DNA of 64,000 nucleotides from Oculina patagonica (Eukaryota): NCBI RefSeq assembly GCF_052425735.1, contig NC_135758.1, positions 31,868,001 to 31,932,000 of the forward strand, read 5' to 3'. Shown piece by piece: positions 1 to 12,783 of this stretch (position 1 is its first letter; each line of letters starts with the position of its first letter). The notes under the pieces were generated by a model. It saw only the letters and a program-made list of their open reading frames with translations, ran no database searches and was not told where the DNA came from. The position numbers and the translations under genes were made by a program.

Positions 1-32
1 GTAGGATAATATTTACAGAAACCATGACTTGC

Positions 33-3000
33 CTCTTCATCCATTCCACCCCAGAAATTGGAATAGGCAGCCTTCCCACCAAACACTTCAATCATTGGTG
101 CAATAACAGTCCTGAAATTAAGCAAGTAAATGTAATACAAAAATGAGCAGAGCATTAACTGCACTAGACAAAGGCCAAGTTAAGCCACATAACACCCATG
201 TGTAACGTACTTGGGTTACTGAGTCTGAACAATGTGTTGTTCCAGAAAATGCCCATACCCCCACCATGGAAGGTTTTGGTTGTACCCATGCACCTCCACC
301 CTTTACCCCTTTGGAATTCTGTCTGAGCTCCATACTTTCTTTTAAGGGGGGTCCTTCTTAACTACAGATCTAGAGCAGTTGCTAAGGAATTGCTCAAGGT
401 GTTTTTTGGTGGCAAGCTATTTTGGAGTGTTCGGCAACGCTTAACAGTGAGTTTTTGGTGGGGAGGACAACTGCATTGAAAAAATTGATATTGCATGCGC
501 GTAACTAGTGCCAGTCCCAAACCATGCGCAAGAATTTAAAATCCCTAAAACTTTTGAGAGAAAAGGAAAGTACCAATTTTTTTCAAAGAATTAGAGAAAA
601 CACATCCTTCTTCATAATCCTTCATATGGAATTACCATTTACATGTAAGAATGAAGCGCTATTGAATAAAGCCTGAAAATACAAGTCTTTATTACGCCAT
701 AACTTTAATAATAATGTGAATTTCCTAAAAACCATATGAAGCATTAAGCACGTGGACATTCTTTATCTGTTGGCATTGATTTTAATTTTCAGATCTATAA
801 GCCCTTTCAGTTTTAGGGTTTTTCCTATTCCGGTCACGTGACTTGTCAAATATGGCCGTGATTTGAATTTCTTGAAGGACTCGTCAAAAGAACAAAGTTG
901 TGCAAAAATCTTACCTTTAGGAGGTTTGGTTTCCAAAAAATGACCGTTGGAAATCTTTCTTAGCAACAAATTGGTAGTTAAGAAGGACCCCCCTTAAAAC
1001 ATTTGGCTTTCAAGCCCCCACCCAGCCCCAACCCCCCCTCCAAAAAAAAATTCAACGACCTTCCATTGGGTGGTGATGGAAATTTTAATTTCTTGGAATA
1101 AACCACATGGCTTCTCATTGAGACACTTTGTATAAGCTCAAAATTACTTGTATCTTAGTTATTACTTACTTTTTCTCCTCCATCAAATGTCTTAATGTCT
1201 TAGGATTGACTAAAAAGTTGTCACAATCCACAAACTGGAAGACAAAGAAAGATATATATAAACATCTTATTAACCAACTGCGAGGGCCGTACTGGAAGAA
1301 TATCGGTTTGAGGTCTTGACAGACAGTATGGACCAAGTTAAGCGCAGTGAGGTCAGTACAGAAAGGACTAAGGGCCGATACTCTCCCAAGCAAGCCTGGT
1401 TTTTCATACGAGTCTAGTTTGTTGGACTGGTGCAGGATAATTCAGCACAGTACCCTGTCCCCCTATACTTAGAAAATATCGGACCACAGTGGAGCAATCT
1501 GATTGGTTGTTTTTAGCTATTAGCTACCTCGATCATGAAAAAATATCATATCCATACCCACCAATAGAAGATCATTAGAAAGTCAGAAAGCGAGGAGGGA
1601 CAAGAGGTACAGCCGTTATCGTAACTTTGATCAAAATTGATATCTCACCAAAATTATAATATTTTGATTTTTTTGGGGTGGGAACAATATTTTTTTTTTT
1701 TTTTTTTTTTTTTTTCATTCCTTTTTTTCCAAAGCCCTTACTGACTTATCTTTTTACTTTTCTTTGAAGACATTACCTTTTGAACCCCCTTCCCCATCTC
1801 CCTTAAAATTTCTAATGACTTCCCTTGGGGTGGATATGATATTTATATATTTTCTAGATCCACTCATTTTGCAAATACCCAAACAAGAACTTGTTTCCCC
1901 TAAACACTAAATAAACATACAAATAAATAGTCAGCCCACTGTTTTCTTGCACTATCCAGAGCCCTTTGTCGAAGATACATCATCTGCCGATATCTGGTCT
2001 CTGTCCACTCCCCTGGACCTGCGGCCTCATCATACTGGCTGGGAGTGTTAGACACATTTATTAATACTCTGTGGTATAAATTTTTTACATTTTGAGTCCA
2101 TTCTTGTAGTATCTGTGATGTGTTGTCTTGATTATGGTCTGATCTGATCCTGTCAAAAAAACAAAAAGACAAACAAATTATTGAAGTTGTCGTTGTTTAA
2201 TTAGGGCAGTAATGTAATCCACTGAACAAATAGGTCACTATCAAGAGATAAGTTTTAAGAAAAGAAACATAGCTATCGGCAGGACAGTGATTTATCTGGT
2301 GTGCTGTGTTATACTAGCCTGAACCACACTTGCGGCCAATTTTTTCAGATGTCTCATCTTGGGAGCAGGGGACCAGAGAGAGACATTCAGGCTAGCCTTA
2401 TCCACAATTTGAACAAATGGGTCCTGAGTGTAATAAGCTTTCACTGTGCACTAGCAGTTGGTTTATTCATTCCTGGCTTCTCATTTCCTTTTTATAACAG
2501 TTTTAAGTACGCAAGTCAGAATCAGAACAAAGAGGCAAATATTTGAAAAACAAACGGGAACTTGTCAAGGCAAGCAAGATTATTAACCAAGAGCTGACAT
2601 TAAAAGCCCCCCCCCCCCCTCAGCTTAACTTGTGAATATTCGTCGCTGTGACAGAAAAGCCAACTTGTTTACAGCGGCTGCTAGCAGTAGAAAACCAGTA
2701 AACAGTAAATATACCCCATAAACGAAGGGTTCTTTACATATCTTTCTTTAAAATCCTTGGAGGACGTTGATCTCAAGCCGGGATTTCGAGGTAGGATACA
2801 CGAGTGATCGACTGGGAGGATTTCGTAAAATTACAGAGTTGTCGTCCCACTGGAGACAATGAAATGTATAAAGCCGAAGTTCTTTAACGAAGGGGTTAGA
2901 AAGAAAACGAAAGGGCCTGAAATTTACTGAGTTCGTACTGAGAAATTAAAAAAAAGGAAACCCACAACAAGGGGTTTCCAAATGGTCACCCATCCAAGTA

Positions 3001-4803
3001 GTAACCCCGCCCAACAGGGCTTAACTTTGGCGATCAGACGAGAACCAGTGCTTTCCTTGTGGTATCAGTCCCAGACGAAGCAAAGACTTACAAGAGTCAT
3101 GCAAATAAAGAACAGAAACATCTGGTTATAATGGATCTTTTGAACGATGATTTAAGTGGATTTACACTGTTATAAGCTGATTTACGCGCTCTTCCTGATA
3201 TCACATGGAAAACAACGGTTCTCATCCGATCGCCAAAGTTAAGCCCTGTTGGGCAAGGTTAGTACTTGGATGGGTGACCATCTGGAAACCCCTTGTTGTG
3301 GATTTCCTTTTTTCTTAATTTCTCAGTACAAACTCAGTAAATTTCAGGCCCTTTCGTTTTCTTTCTAACGGCTTCGTTAGAGTACTTTGGCTTTATACGT
3401 TCATTGTCTCGAGCGGGACAAGAACTCTGTAAAATAATGAAATCCTCCCTCGATCACTCGAGTATCCTTCGAAGGATTAAGAAGATATATAAAGAACCCT
3501 TCGTCTATGGGTTATATTTACTGTTTTCTGGTTTTCTACTGCTAGCAGCCGCTGTAAACAAGTTGGCTTTTCTGTCACAGCGACGAATATTCACAAGTTA
3601 AATTACCTGAATCATTCTTAGCGACATTCTTAGCCTTAATCGTCGTCTGAGAAAGTTAGCAGTTATAATTTTCCTTTTGTTTGTTTGTTTTTGTTGCTGT
3701 TGTTGCTTCTTTGTTTAATGTTTCACAATTCCGCGTTTTAGAATATTCCATCATTCCACGTTTTAGGATTTTCCATCATTCCGCGTTTTAGGATATTCCG
3801 CCATTCCGCTGTGCCGTTCTGCCATTCAGCCATTCCGCCGAATAGGGTCACCCGTATCATTTGGGTGACTCATGACTGCTTTCTAATGCTTTACCTAATA
3901 ACCAAGTCTTTTTCTCATTGTTTTTTCTAAGGAAGAAGTCATTTTAACTTCAAGGACCAGTTTTAATCTTGTTTCTCTATGAAACTATCAAATAAATCAC
4001 AAATATCTGAAAAGAAAATCCATTTATTGTAATATCCCCTCAGCCCCCCAGCTATAGCTTGCATAAATAAACCAAGTCTTATTTGTGCATAATTTAATAA
4101 GAAAGTAATCAAATCTTTTCCAGAACGACAACAGAGATGATTGAGAAAACTGTTTCACTGCGCAGTTGAGAAACAGTCCTCCCAAAGTTCGGGAATCTTA
4201 GGAATGCAATGACACGTTGGCAGGGCTACGAAAATTTTATATACTTGCACATACATCGATCTTACCGGATATCAAACAGTCATCGTGACTATTTTGAACA
4301 GCATAGGCCTTTTTTACGATTCGATTACGCTCTATTTCACGTTGAGATCGTGCCGTTTTTGATAGCAACTTACTGACAATTCAGACAAAACAACTTTTAT
4401 ACAAATGTGTCAAGTACTTCTGTGCGAATTCATTCAGTCTACAAAGAGTTCGTTGTGAGCATGCTTGTTTACTAATACTAAGTAAATATAAAGGTTCTCT
4501 GTGCTTGGCACAATTAAAACTCAAAGCTGTATTAATACAGAACAATAAATTTTACCAGCAAGGAGCACTTACCAGACAGATATTCGATTTTTAGGGTAAT
4601 CCAAATTCTCGATGTATCCGAGCCAATTGGGAAGTAGATGAGCCGCATTGCGAGCTATGATTGCTAATAAAACGCTGGGTTCTCTCACTGCGGACTCTTT
4701 AGAAAGATTATAAACTACATCAGAGACCTTTGAGTCCGCTGTTGATATCTGTAAACTTATAAATAAAAGAGTAATCAAGAGTAAATTACAACAACGCAGC
4801 CAT
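33..4803 (-). CDS. COLGALT1: Procollagen galactosyltransferase (COLGALT/GLT25 family), first four exons; gene continues off the left edge
   Basis: Exons 4803-4573, 2149-1921, 1234-1170 and 111-33 join in phase: EPSVLLAIIARNAAHLLPNWLGYIENLDYPKNRISVW/IRSDHNQDNT...WADYLF/FVDCDNFLVNPKTL...K/TVIAPM...AAYSNFWGGMDEE. This matches the COLGALT N-terminal GT-A domain with its DxD motif. The first ATG is 1 nt out of frame (see findings). Confidence 0.9.
346..993. mobile_element. Non-autonomous DNA transposon (Kolobok-like), TTAA target site
   Basis: TTAA|GGGGGGTCCTTCTTAACTAC ... GTAGTTAAGAAGGACCCCCC|TTAA; no coding capacity. Confidence 0.8.
2960..3076 (-). pseudogene. 5S rRNA-derived sequence (left arm)
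   Basis: Reverse complement reads ATACCAC...GGTTCTCGTCTGATCGCCAAAGTTAAGC...TACTTGGATGGGTGACC (box A and box C), followed by a T-run. Confidence 0.85.
3187..3303 (+). pseudogene. 5S rRNA-derived sequence (right arm)
   Basis: GGTTCTCATCCGATCGCCAAAGTTAAGC...GGTTAGTACTTGGATGGGTGACC followed by a T-run. Confidence 0.85.
3729..3840. repeat. ~25-bp minisatellite (TTCCGCGTTTTAGGATATTCCATCA-like)
   Basis: Three clear copies plus degenerate ones. Confidence 0.6.
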
Positions 4804-4869
4804 GACTAATCGATTTCGCGGTGATTTGCGAGGAATTGCTGTCACAGACCATCGTGCTTTGCAAATTAG

Positions 4870-4884
4870 TAGACCGGAAGTGTG
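4870..4884. promoter_or_regulatory. ETS-type motif (ACCGGAAGTG) in the COLGALT proximal promoter
   Basis: Consensus CCGGAAGT about 70 bp upstream of the first ATG in a CpG-containing stretch. Confidence 0.4.
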
Positions 4885-5382
4885 AAATGCCCACTAAGTG
4901 TCACGCTAGTTTACCGTGCGCGTCTGCGCGGGGTCTGCGCGGTTGTAAATGAATGATATTAAAGTTCAACTAATTTTCTTTCTCTGACGCAAACTTACGG
5001 CTATCCATTTCTATTGTGGAAGTCTTACGCCAATCTCATAATTTGTATACTTTCTGATAAAACACTGACAAGGGAGGAAAGAAATTTTGCCGTGACAACA
5101 ATCCAGAAACTCGACTGCGTGGAAAGCTTAAAACTCGCTGGAGTCACTAGATTTCTTTACCCAGTCAACGAAGTCTAACAGAAACTTAAATGGCCGACAT
5201 TTAATAGTTCCCGTATCGTTTTGTACATTACTTTCTCACATATATCCTTGGCTCCCTCTCCCAGGAATCTGGGGCTGAGAGAAGCCGAAAGTGAAACAGT
5301 GAGGATTGCAGGTGAAAGGTGGCAAAAGCGTCTCGAACTACATTTCATTTGAATCGCAAACCACTCGTGTTATTTAACCCTC

Positions 5383-5416
5383 GCGTTACCCGTCTGGTTA
5401 TATGCATATGCATATG

Positions 5417-5447
<31 letters not shown>

Positions 5448-5592
5448 GAATTCGTCTTTCAGGACGCATTTCGAAACGTAATTCGCCTAGTCGCGTAACG
5501 CGTCTTGTGCCCGTCTTTATAATAGAGACGCATAACCTGACGAACTACAAAATGTTCAGTTGCCAAAGCTCGTCCAGACGGGTAACACGTCT
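5383..5592. repeat. Nested palindrome / MITE-like element
   Basis: GTTACCCGTCTGG...CCAGACGGGTAAC outer arms and TATAAAGACGGGCACAAGACGCG...CGCGTCTTGTGCCCGTCTTTATA inner arms. Confidence 0.55.
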
Positions 5593-6151
5593 CTAGTATA
5601 TAAACAGCCAATCAGTGTTACCATACGCGTCAAGTTGAATGCAACCTGAATGTTTTGGAGACTGCCAAATATGTAAGAATGCCCGTTATAAAGAAAACCG
5701 TCACGGTCCTGATATAGAACGCATTGATACAATTTGGGTGGGGCTCGGGTACAATCCTAGTTCTGGATTATCTGTTTTAGAACATAAAAGATTCACAATG
5801 GCCATTTTTTATACTAGAGGACACATTAACCGTCCGGACGGATAGTGCGTCCCCTAATAATGAAAGAAATCTCCGGGCCATTTAACTTTTTATATGTGTT
5901 ATGTGGTGTGAATGTTTCTTCAGCTAAAAACATTCAGTTCTTTGCTTCCTTATCAAATACGAATGGATGTTTTGAGGGCCGCTTGTTTGACAGTTTTTAC
6001 TGTTTGTCGTTACCCTCCTTTAATAAAGTTGATTAATTGATTGACTTATCAAATAAATAAACCAAAAGTAGACCAAAAAAATGTCTTCAGGACTGACCAT
6101 TTTATATATTGCTTCTTTTTCGTGATTTTTTTTACCATTTCTTTGACCTCA

Positions 6152-9100
6152 TTAGTGGGTAGTTTTGTTCTTAGATTTATGGAGCATTTCTAATCGTGAT
6201 AACTTTTTAACAGCTCTGTGGACCAAATCATGTTCTGTTAATTTCCGGCTCGAATTTGTTTTCATCGATTTCCTGTCTGTAAATTTTGTGTTCCTTGAAA
6301 CATTTTCTGAGCGTTTCTTCACGAAAGGGCTGAGCACAGAATGCCGTCGTCTATCCCTGTTGTTCATTTCACCGCCATCGTCATCGTCATCATCTTCGCG
6401 ACCATCCGGGCCTTCATCTTCATCTCTTCCCATAATCTGTTGTTGAGCCATGAGCATCATCTCCCCTTGTATCTTTTCCTTTTCATAGCGGTTCTCCATC
6501 TCACGGTCTTCCATGTGATTTAACACACGCTTTAATGGAGTTGCGAGCACGTGAGCTAAGTTCTTCCAATCCTTGGAATCGGTCGTGCTGACAACAGCGT
6601 AGTTTGGTGGTGTTGCTCCAGGTCCCATTTCATTGGGACTGAACTCCGGCTCACACTGCTGTGAAAGGGCCTGGGCGCTGGCTTTTGCACGGTCCTGATT
6701 TTGTGCCTGTGCAACCTGCGCGTCGTATTCGCTCTGGATTCCCGCCAATTCTCGACTGGCTTCCAGCGACTTGGAATCACCGGGAAAATCCTGTGTTGCC
6801 TGTTGAACAAGCCTAGTGTGACCATGGCGGTTGTCTCGGCCAAATAATTTGATCACATTTTTAATGGCATTGGTGGCCTCTCTGATTTTGGTTTCTTCCT
6901 CATCTGACTTTGCCCTCGCCTCTTCACTTTCAGTTTGGAGGGCATATGAGGGCGGAAGCAAATTTCCTGGGTTTTCTTCTGTCGTGTACTTTAACCCTGT
7001 GGAGTGAGGGGAGTTTTGCACCTTGAAAACAGCTTCACCAGTGCCAGGCTTCTCATTGATAGTGAGTGTGACTTGCTTTCCTGATGAATCTGGTACAGCG
7101 GGTTTTCGATACGCTCTGTTCATCTGTTAATAAAAAGGAAATTTTTTATAAGGATGATTTTATCTACTCAAGAGCAAACACGAGCACTCAGAAAGTTGCA
7201 TCTTTGTTTTGCAATACTCAGGTGCACCTTTGCTCGACAAATGTATTAAAAATGTTAATTACAAGCGTGTAGTGTAATCAAGGCAATTAAATTACGTATA
7301 GTGTAATCCTGCCAGTTGAGTTGTGCTACTTTTAAACCTTGAGGAAAGAAGTATCATTATCTCTTAGCGACAACAGTCTAGTAGTAAACTCGCCCTGTGG
7401 ATTATTTGCTCCTGAGGCATGGGGTGAAATTTAGGTTCGCTTCTGTTTGCACTTACAGGTATTGCCGGTGTTTACGCGCAAGCGCGCGTAAACACCGCGT
7501 CAAACAGACATTTTACCCTCATCTGAATCATTCTTCTAACATGCACTGACCTCTACAATAGGGTTATTGATATTTCCATGCTTGTTACCCGCAACCATTC
7601 CTGCTAAATCTGACGGCATGCCTTCTAAGCTATGGGCCTTTAAAGTAGTGTCAGCCATGCTCGTTGAATTTACCATTGATGTGTCTTGCTGCGCATGCAT
7701 TGTCATTTGTTCAATAGCTTGCTGATTCACAGCATCGTCAGAGCTAACTGGCAAGATATTGTCTGGATTTTCTATTCCCTCGTCGTGTGTCACGTTGTTT
7801 TGTAAAGCATTCATCGCCTCAGTGTCTAAGCTTGGTGCATGCATCTTTAACTGCAAAGCACTGGTATCGGCATTACGTTCATATGTCTCTTCATGCATGT
7901 ATTGATCATTACGCAAGCGCTTGCTAACGGATGCTGCATTGTCTAGTAGCTCCGAGATCTCCTCTAGATCTGACTCAGGGACGTTGTCTTCACTGGGAAT
8001 CCTGGCAGTTGAGTTGTGTTCCTGAGCAGCCTTGACATAAGTGCTGTTTTCTCTTAGCTTTAACTGTCTACTAGTAAACATGCCTTGCGGACCTACATTA
8101 TTCTCTGCTCCTGGATCAGTGCGCTGTAAAGAATCAGCGTTCGTCAGAACGTCATTTACTTTCTTACTTGACTTCTCGCCGAGCTCATATCCCATTAACA
8201 CGACAACAGGATGCCTTTCTTTACTTTGATCGCTTACCTGTGTTGTGCCGCTAATGGAAGGAGCATCGGTTGGCGATGTGCTTATGTTCTTGGTCATTTG
8301 ATGAAACAGATTGAGCTGTGGAAAGTTTCCCTTTCATTTCATCACTTGTGGCTGTCTTAGTCCTAGTAGGTGATAAGGTATTTTGAAGGCTAATGTGAAA
8401 CTTGGAGAGCTGGCCAAGAACTTTTGGCGAAGCTAAAGAAATAAATAATTGTAAGTGTAACGTATTTAGCCCGGGGGGGGGACAAACAAACAAAAAATGA
8501 AGATGAATTTTAGGAAGCTTAAAAGAAAAACAGACATTGTTTTGTTGGCGTGTTTGCACGAAGACAAATTAAAAGATTCGATCTTGAAAATGATAGGCTA
8601 GATCGGAGGTGAATCAAATGCTTCAACAAGAGCTATTATTTAATGTGCCCGTGATCACAGCGCTAATGTCGGCTTAATTGTTAAAACCACAATCCTTCCC
8701 TCAATGTTGATCAAGTCTCTTAAGTTAAAATTATTTAATGAAAAAAATAAGTTACCACGTAACGATATTTTCTGGTAAGAAGCGTTGAGTGACGATCTAA
8801 GTAATGTCTTTGAAAGAGCTTCGCTGTGATAATGGCTCATACCTGAGATGCCGTGATCAATTCCATCTTCCAGTTGTGTTGCTATAGCACTGGCTGCATC
8901 GTCCACTTGTGGCGCTCTTTCTTTTCCCAGAATTTGTACCGCTGGTAACTTGGGCTGCGCCGCGGAAGACAAGCTATGCGCACTGGCTGGTTTTCTTGCT
9001 TGTCCCAAGATTCCCTTTACATCTATCACTTGCCATTGTTTCTGGCCTGGAACTAATAACAGACAAACTTTTCATCTATAAATAGTGAAATTCGTTTTAT

Positions 9101-9187
9101 GTATACAAAATATTTTATGTGTATTAATATGTTTGATGTATTTGTAAGATTTTTTTAATTAGTAATTTTTTTTTTTTTGGATTGAAA

Positions 9188-9245
<58 letters not shown>

Positions 9246-10528
9246 AAAAATTTTTTTTTCTGATTAAGCGCACAAGCGTCACTTTGCTGCTTAGCAACGC
9301 TGCTGACTAAACCCTGGGCTCATTTAATTCTTGGAGACGGAATTTATCCCACTTATAGTTGATTTCCTTATGCCGCCTCAATAGCTCCTTTTTCATTTCA
9401 CAATAGTTAGTCACTAAATCTGTCCCTGGCCATGACTGGATCTAAGTGGGAGACAAATTTACTTACCAGGGCTATGACAGTGGAGCAAAAGAATACTCAC
9501 CACAGTACTGACAGGTTCTGTTACACACATGCTGCATTTGTCGTCGATATTTGAAGCAGAAACCCATATCTTTCCACACATGACATCTATTCAGCACCCC
9601 TTTGAAGTCTCGGCAATCATTATTGACTTTAGAGGTGAACTGTCTTGTGTTTCCTGGAATATCTGCCACCATAACACGCAGAATGATAACGCATCATTGT
9701 AATGTATTATTGTAAAATAAAGTTTAATAAAGTTTTTCATCATTCATAGACATAAACAGTCCGTACATTTTTTCCTCTTAAGATTGTTGAGCGTTGAAAG
9801 CGCGAGAAATAAACATTGCCGCACGAACAATGGAAGTCCCTGCAGTCAGGTGGTCAAGTTCATCTATTTAGCAACTTAGGGACTTAGGGGGAATATTACA
9901 AAAACCCTGCTTTCAGAGTTCATATGTTTCTTTTGTTCTTGTTTTCGATTGTTTGCTTTTCTTTTTAATGGGTAAATCTAAAGTGATGTGTATACATGTC
10001 TTTGAAAACGATACTTTCGGAAAGAAGAGATGTTTTTGTCACTTTCGAGAGTGATCTCTCACTGATACCGACAGAATTAAAAATAAAAAAAAAAATCCGT
10101 TGTTTCCAGGATATTGTTTCGATGTAATACCAAAATTCCCCGAAATAAAATTAAAATAAAGTTTGACAATCAGCAAAGATAATTACTATCTCGATCTCGA
10201 CAACGTAACAGTAAAAAGAAAACATTAAGCCTTACATTTTTATATGAGAGTCTTGTATATAAGCAATACAAGTAAAAGTGAAATAACTCTTAAGTGGTAA
10301 ACAAAGTGCTAAGTGAGGTGGGACTTGAATATACGAACATTAAATGACCTGGAACGTGGTTAATAATCATTAAACGTTTGAGTGTGCAGGGAGGCCTCCT
10401 TACATTACAGTATGACAGAAATGAAGCGTAAAAAGGTAATTACCTAATTTTCTGTAGGCGAGGACAGCACAAGCGAAACAAGAAACGAGATCCATCTTTG
10501 CCACCGAAAAGTTCTGTAAAAGTTCCAT
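6152..10528 (-). pseudogene. ShKT-domain secreted low-complexity protein, copy 1 (frameshifted, or assembly error)
   Basis: Exons 10528-10444, 9662-9501 (ShKT), 9052-8843, 8432-7551, 7123-6152. Exon 4 is 882 nt versus 887 in copy 2; AAGCACATCG versus AAGCCACCATCG shifts the frame and gives a stop at 8251-8253. Confidence 0.75.
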
Positions 10529-10933
10529 TACTCTTTTCACAGCCACCACATTACTTTTTGCGTCCTTCAATTCTTCGAGAAAACCGTGAAATGAGGAAGA
10601 TTTTTCTTGTGATTTCAGCAAGTTGTCTGGTGGTGTTTCAATTTTTTTTCCCTTTCTTCAATCCTTTCTTTAAACCTCTTAAAATTTCATTCAATTTAGG
10701 TATAATGCCCCCTTAAGTTGCGTTTTACTTCAAAACGGTGCTCTATGAATTACCGTATTTCATAGCAACGGTGAAAACTGCAATGGAATACCCTAAGCGA
10801 TACAAAAACACGATTTTCAACCCCTTGGAAGTAAGACTCGCATCAGTACCCCACCCCCCCCCCCCCCAACGCATTCGCCATTTTGAAATAATATTTTCTT
10901 GTGTAGACTTGCCACACGACGAAGTCAAAGATA

Positions 10934-11388
10934 CCGTATTTACTCGAATAAGCACCGCATTTGGGACAATAAAGTTAATAAGCGCCGCCCCCGAATAAGC
11001 GCCGCAGTCCCGATGCGGTGCTTATTCGAGGAATTCCGTTTAACTAAAACCAGCAATACAAAGCAACTCTAAAACAAACTTGGACATTTCGTTCCATCAA
11101 AAGCGATCTTTTTTCAGTTCACCCATTAGTTTTTCTATCCAACATTCTTACAATCCGTAGTTCTGTAAATGCTATGAAGGCCGCAAACTTTGCCAGGACA
11201 GCTAGCGCCACTTCTCTCTTCAGCAAGAGACGAATACTGACAATCAAAAGACTCTAATTTCAATTACTGTAAAAGATTAGATTCTTTGTGGCGTCTTAAT
11301 TTTAAATAAGCGCCGCCCTCGAATAAGCGCCGCACTTGAGGCCCGAAAAATTTAATAAGCGCCGCGGCACTTATTCGAGTTTATTTGG
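10934..11388. mobile_element. Tc1/mariner-pogo-type MITE
   Basis: TA|CCGTATTTACTCGAATAAGC ... CTTATTCGAGTTTATTTGG|TA with internal AATAAGCGCCGC repeats. Confidence 0.7.
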
Positions 11389-12783
11389 TACACTAGTAAT
11401 AGTTCTCACTATAAAGCTGCCCCCGCCTTTTCATAATTTGTTATACAGCAATAATCTAAGATTAGTAATGTCTTTTTTCCGCCTAAAATTGTTGATGCCG
11501 ATGGACTACACAATAAGGCTTTTTTTTATTGTGCAATGTACGTCACGACATTGTTTGCTGCGGAATTTCTTGTTGTGTGACACCGTTGCATCCTAAAAGA
11601 ATTCACAAATTCAAGTCGAATATAGTACCTAGCGGAAATAACACAAAACACATTGTTCGTGGTGACAACACGCAAGCTTATTTCCGGGTTACAACATTCA
11701 AAATGAACTTACAATAATTTCCAGGCCATAAAGCCTAACAATTCCACGAGTAACAAAATATGGCAAATTCAAAGATTCGAGAAAACAATTTTTGATCGTT
11801 ATTCAACCACTCATTAGATCAAATAAACTGACAGTTTTTTAGCGAACGAATTACCTTGTAATGCATGACAAAATTCACGCTTTTGTTTAGTACTCGTCGT
11901 GAAATGTATGGGATTTCCACGTGTTTTCACGACATTCAGACGCTGATTAAGATAAGAAACTATTCTTCCCTGGATGATACGCCTATTATGCTTTCCATGT
12001 CATTTTCGGTATCATTTCAATTTCAGGTACATGTTTTAGCTATTTCTTCAAGAAACAGATGTTTGTTGCAATCACAGTGCGACGGCTTTTTTTATCCTTT
12101 GCGGTGCCGGCTTCCGTTGCTCCTTAACGAGCGTCCCGGCAATCCTTTGCGAGCATTTGGGCAATCCTTTGCGAGCCGCTTTGACCAAAATCGAGATCTT
12201 TTCTGGTACCATTCAATGAATGCACATATTTTACCTACCTACGCGGGGACTTCTAAGATGCCTCCTCGGGTTCCGGCCTCTGGGCCAGAACCCTGCGGGG
12301 GCAATAAATGAAAACGGGCTTTGTGAAAATCTATATCTTACGCGACATTGGACTGCATAGAGGCATAAAAGTAACGCCAAAATTTCTAAAGCATTTGAAT
12401 AATGACCGTTTTCCTGCGCATCGGTGTGCCGCCCAGAGCATTTTTTTTCTCAATAATTACCGGCACGCAGTTGTGGGACCCATGACTAATCTTAGTCCAG
12501 TCCTAAAACTCTTTCCCCTTCTTACTGTATATAGGGCGGAGAAGGAAGAGTTTATGGACTGGGCCAGTCTTACCTGCGTGCCCCTGCGGTAACTACCTGT
12601 TATTGTAGCCTAATATGCAATCAGTGAGGGGACAAAATATTCAGAAAGTTATAGAGAAACAGAGACAACAGTCATCGTCTGGAAGTAGTTTAATGATCCC
12701 TTTTACAAAATCTCTACAAGCTACATTTGATCATTTTTTGTCTTCATAAACTTCCAGGTTTCCACACATGTCAGCTCGTGTTA

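Larger units (their letters stand above)
2629..3597. mobile_element. TTAA-flanked foldback element with ~400-450 bp inverted arms, each containing a 5S rRNA-like unit
   Basis: Outer 70 bp are a perfect inverted repeat (CTTGTGAATATTCGTCGCTGTGACAG...); inner arms are diverged; TTAA at 2625-2628 and 3598-3601. Confidence 0.75.

Noticed and set aside
2960-3303. Genuine 5S rDNA array
   Set aside because: Only two inverted, mutually diverged copies with weak terminal helix pairing, embedded in inverted arms.
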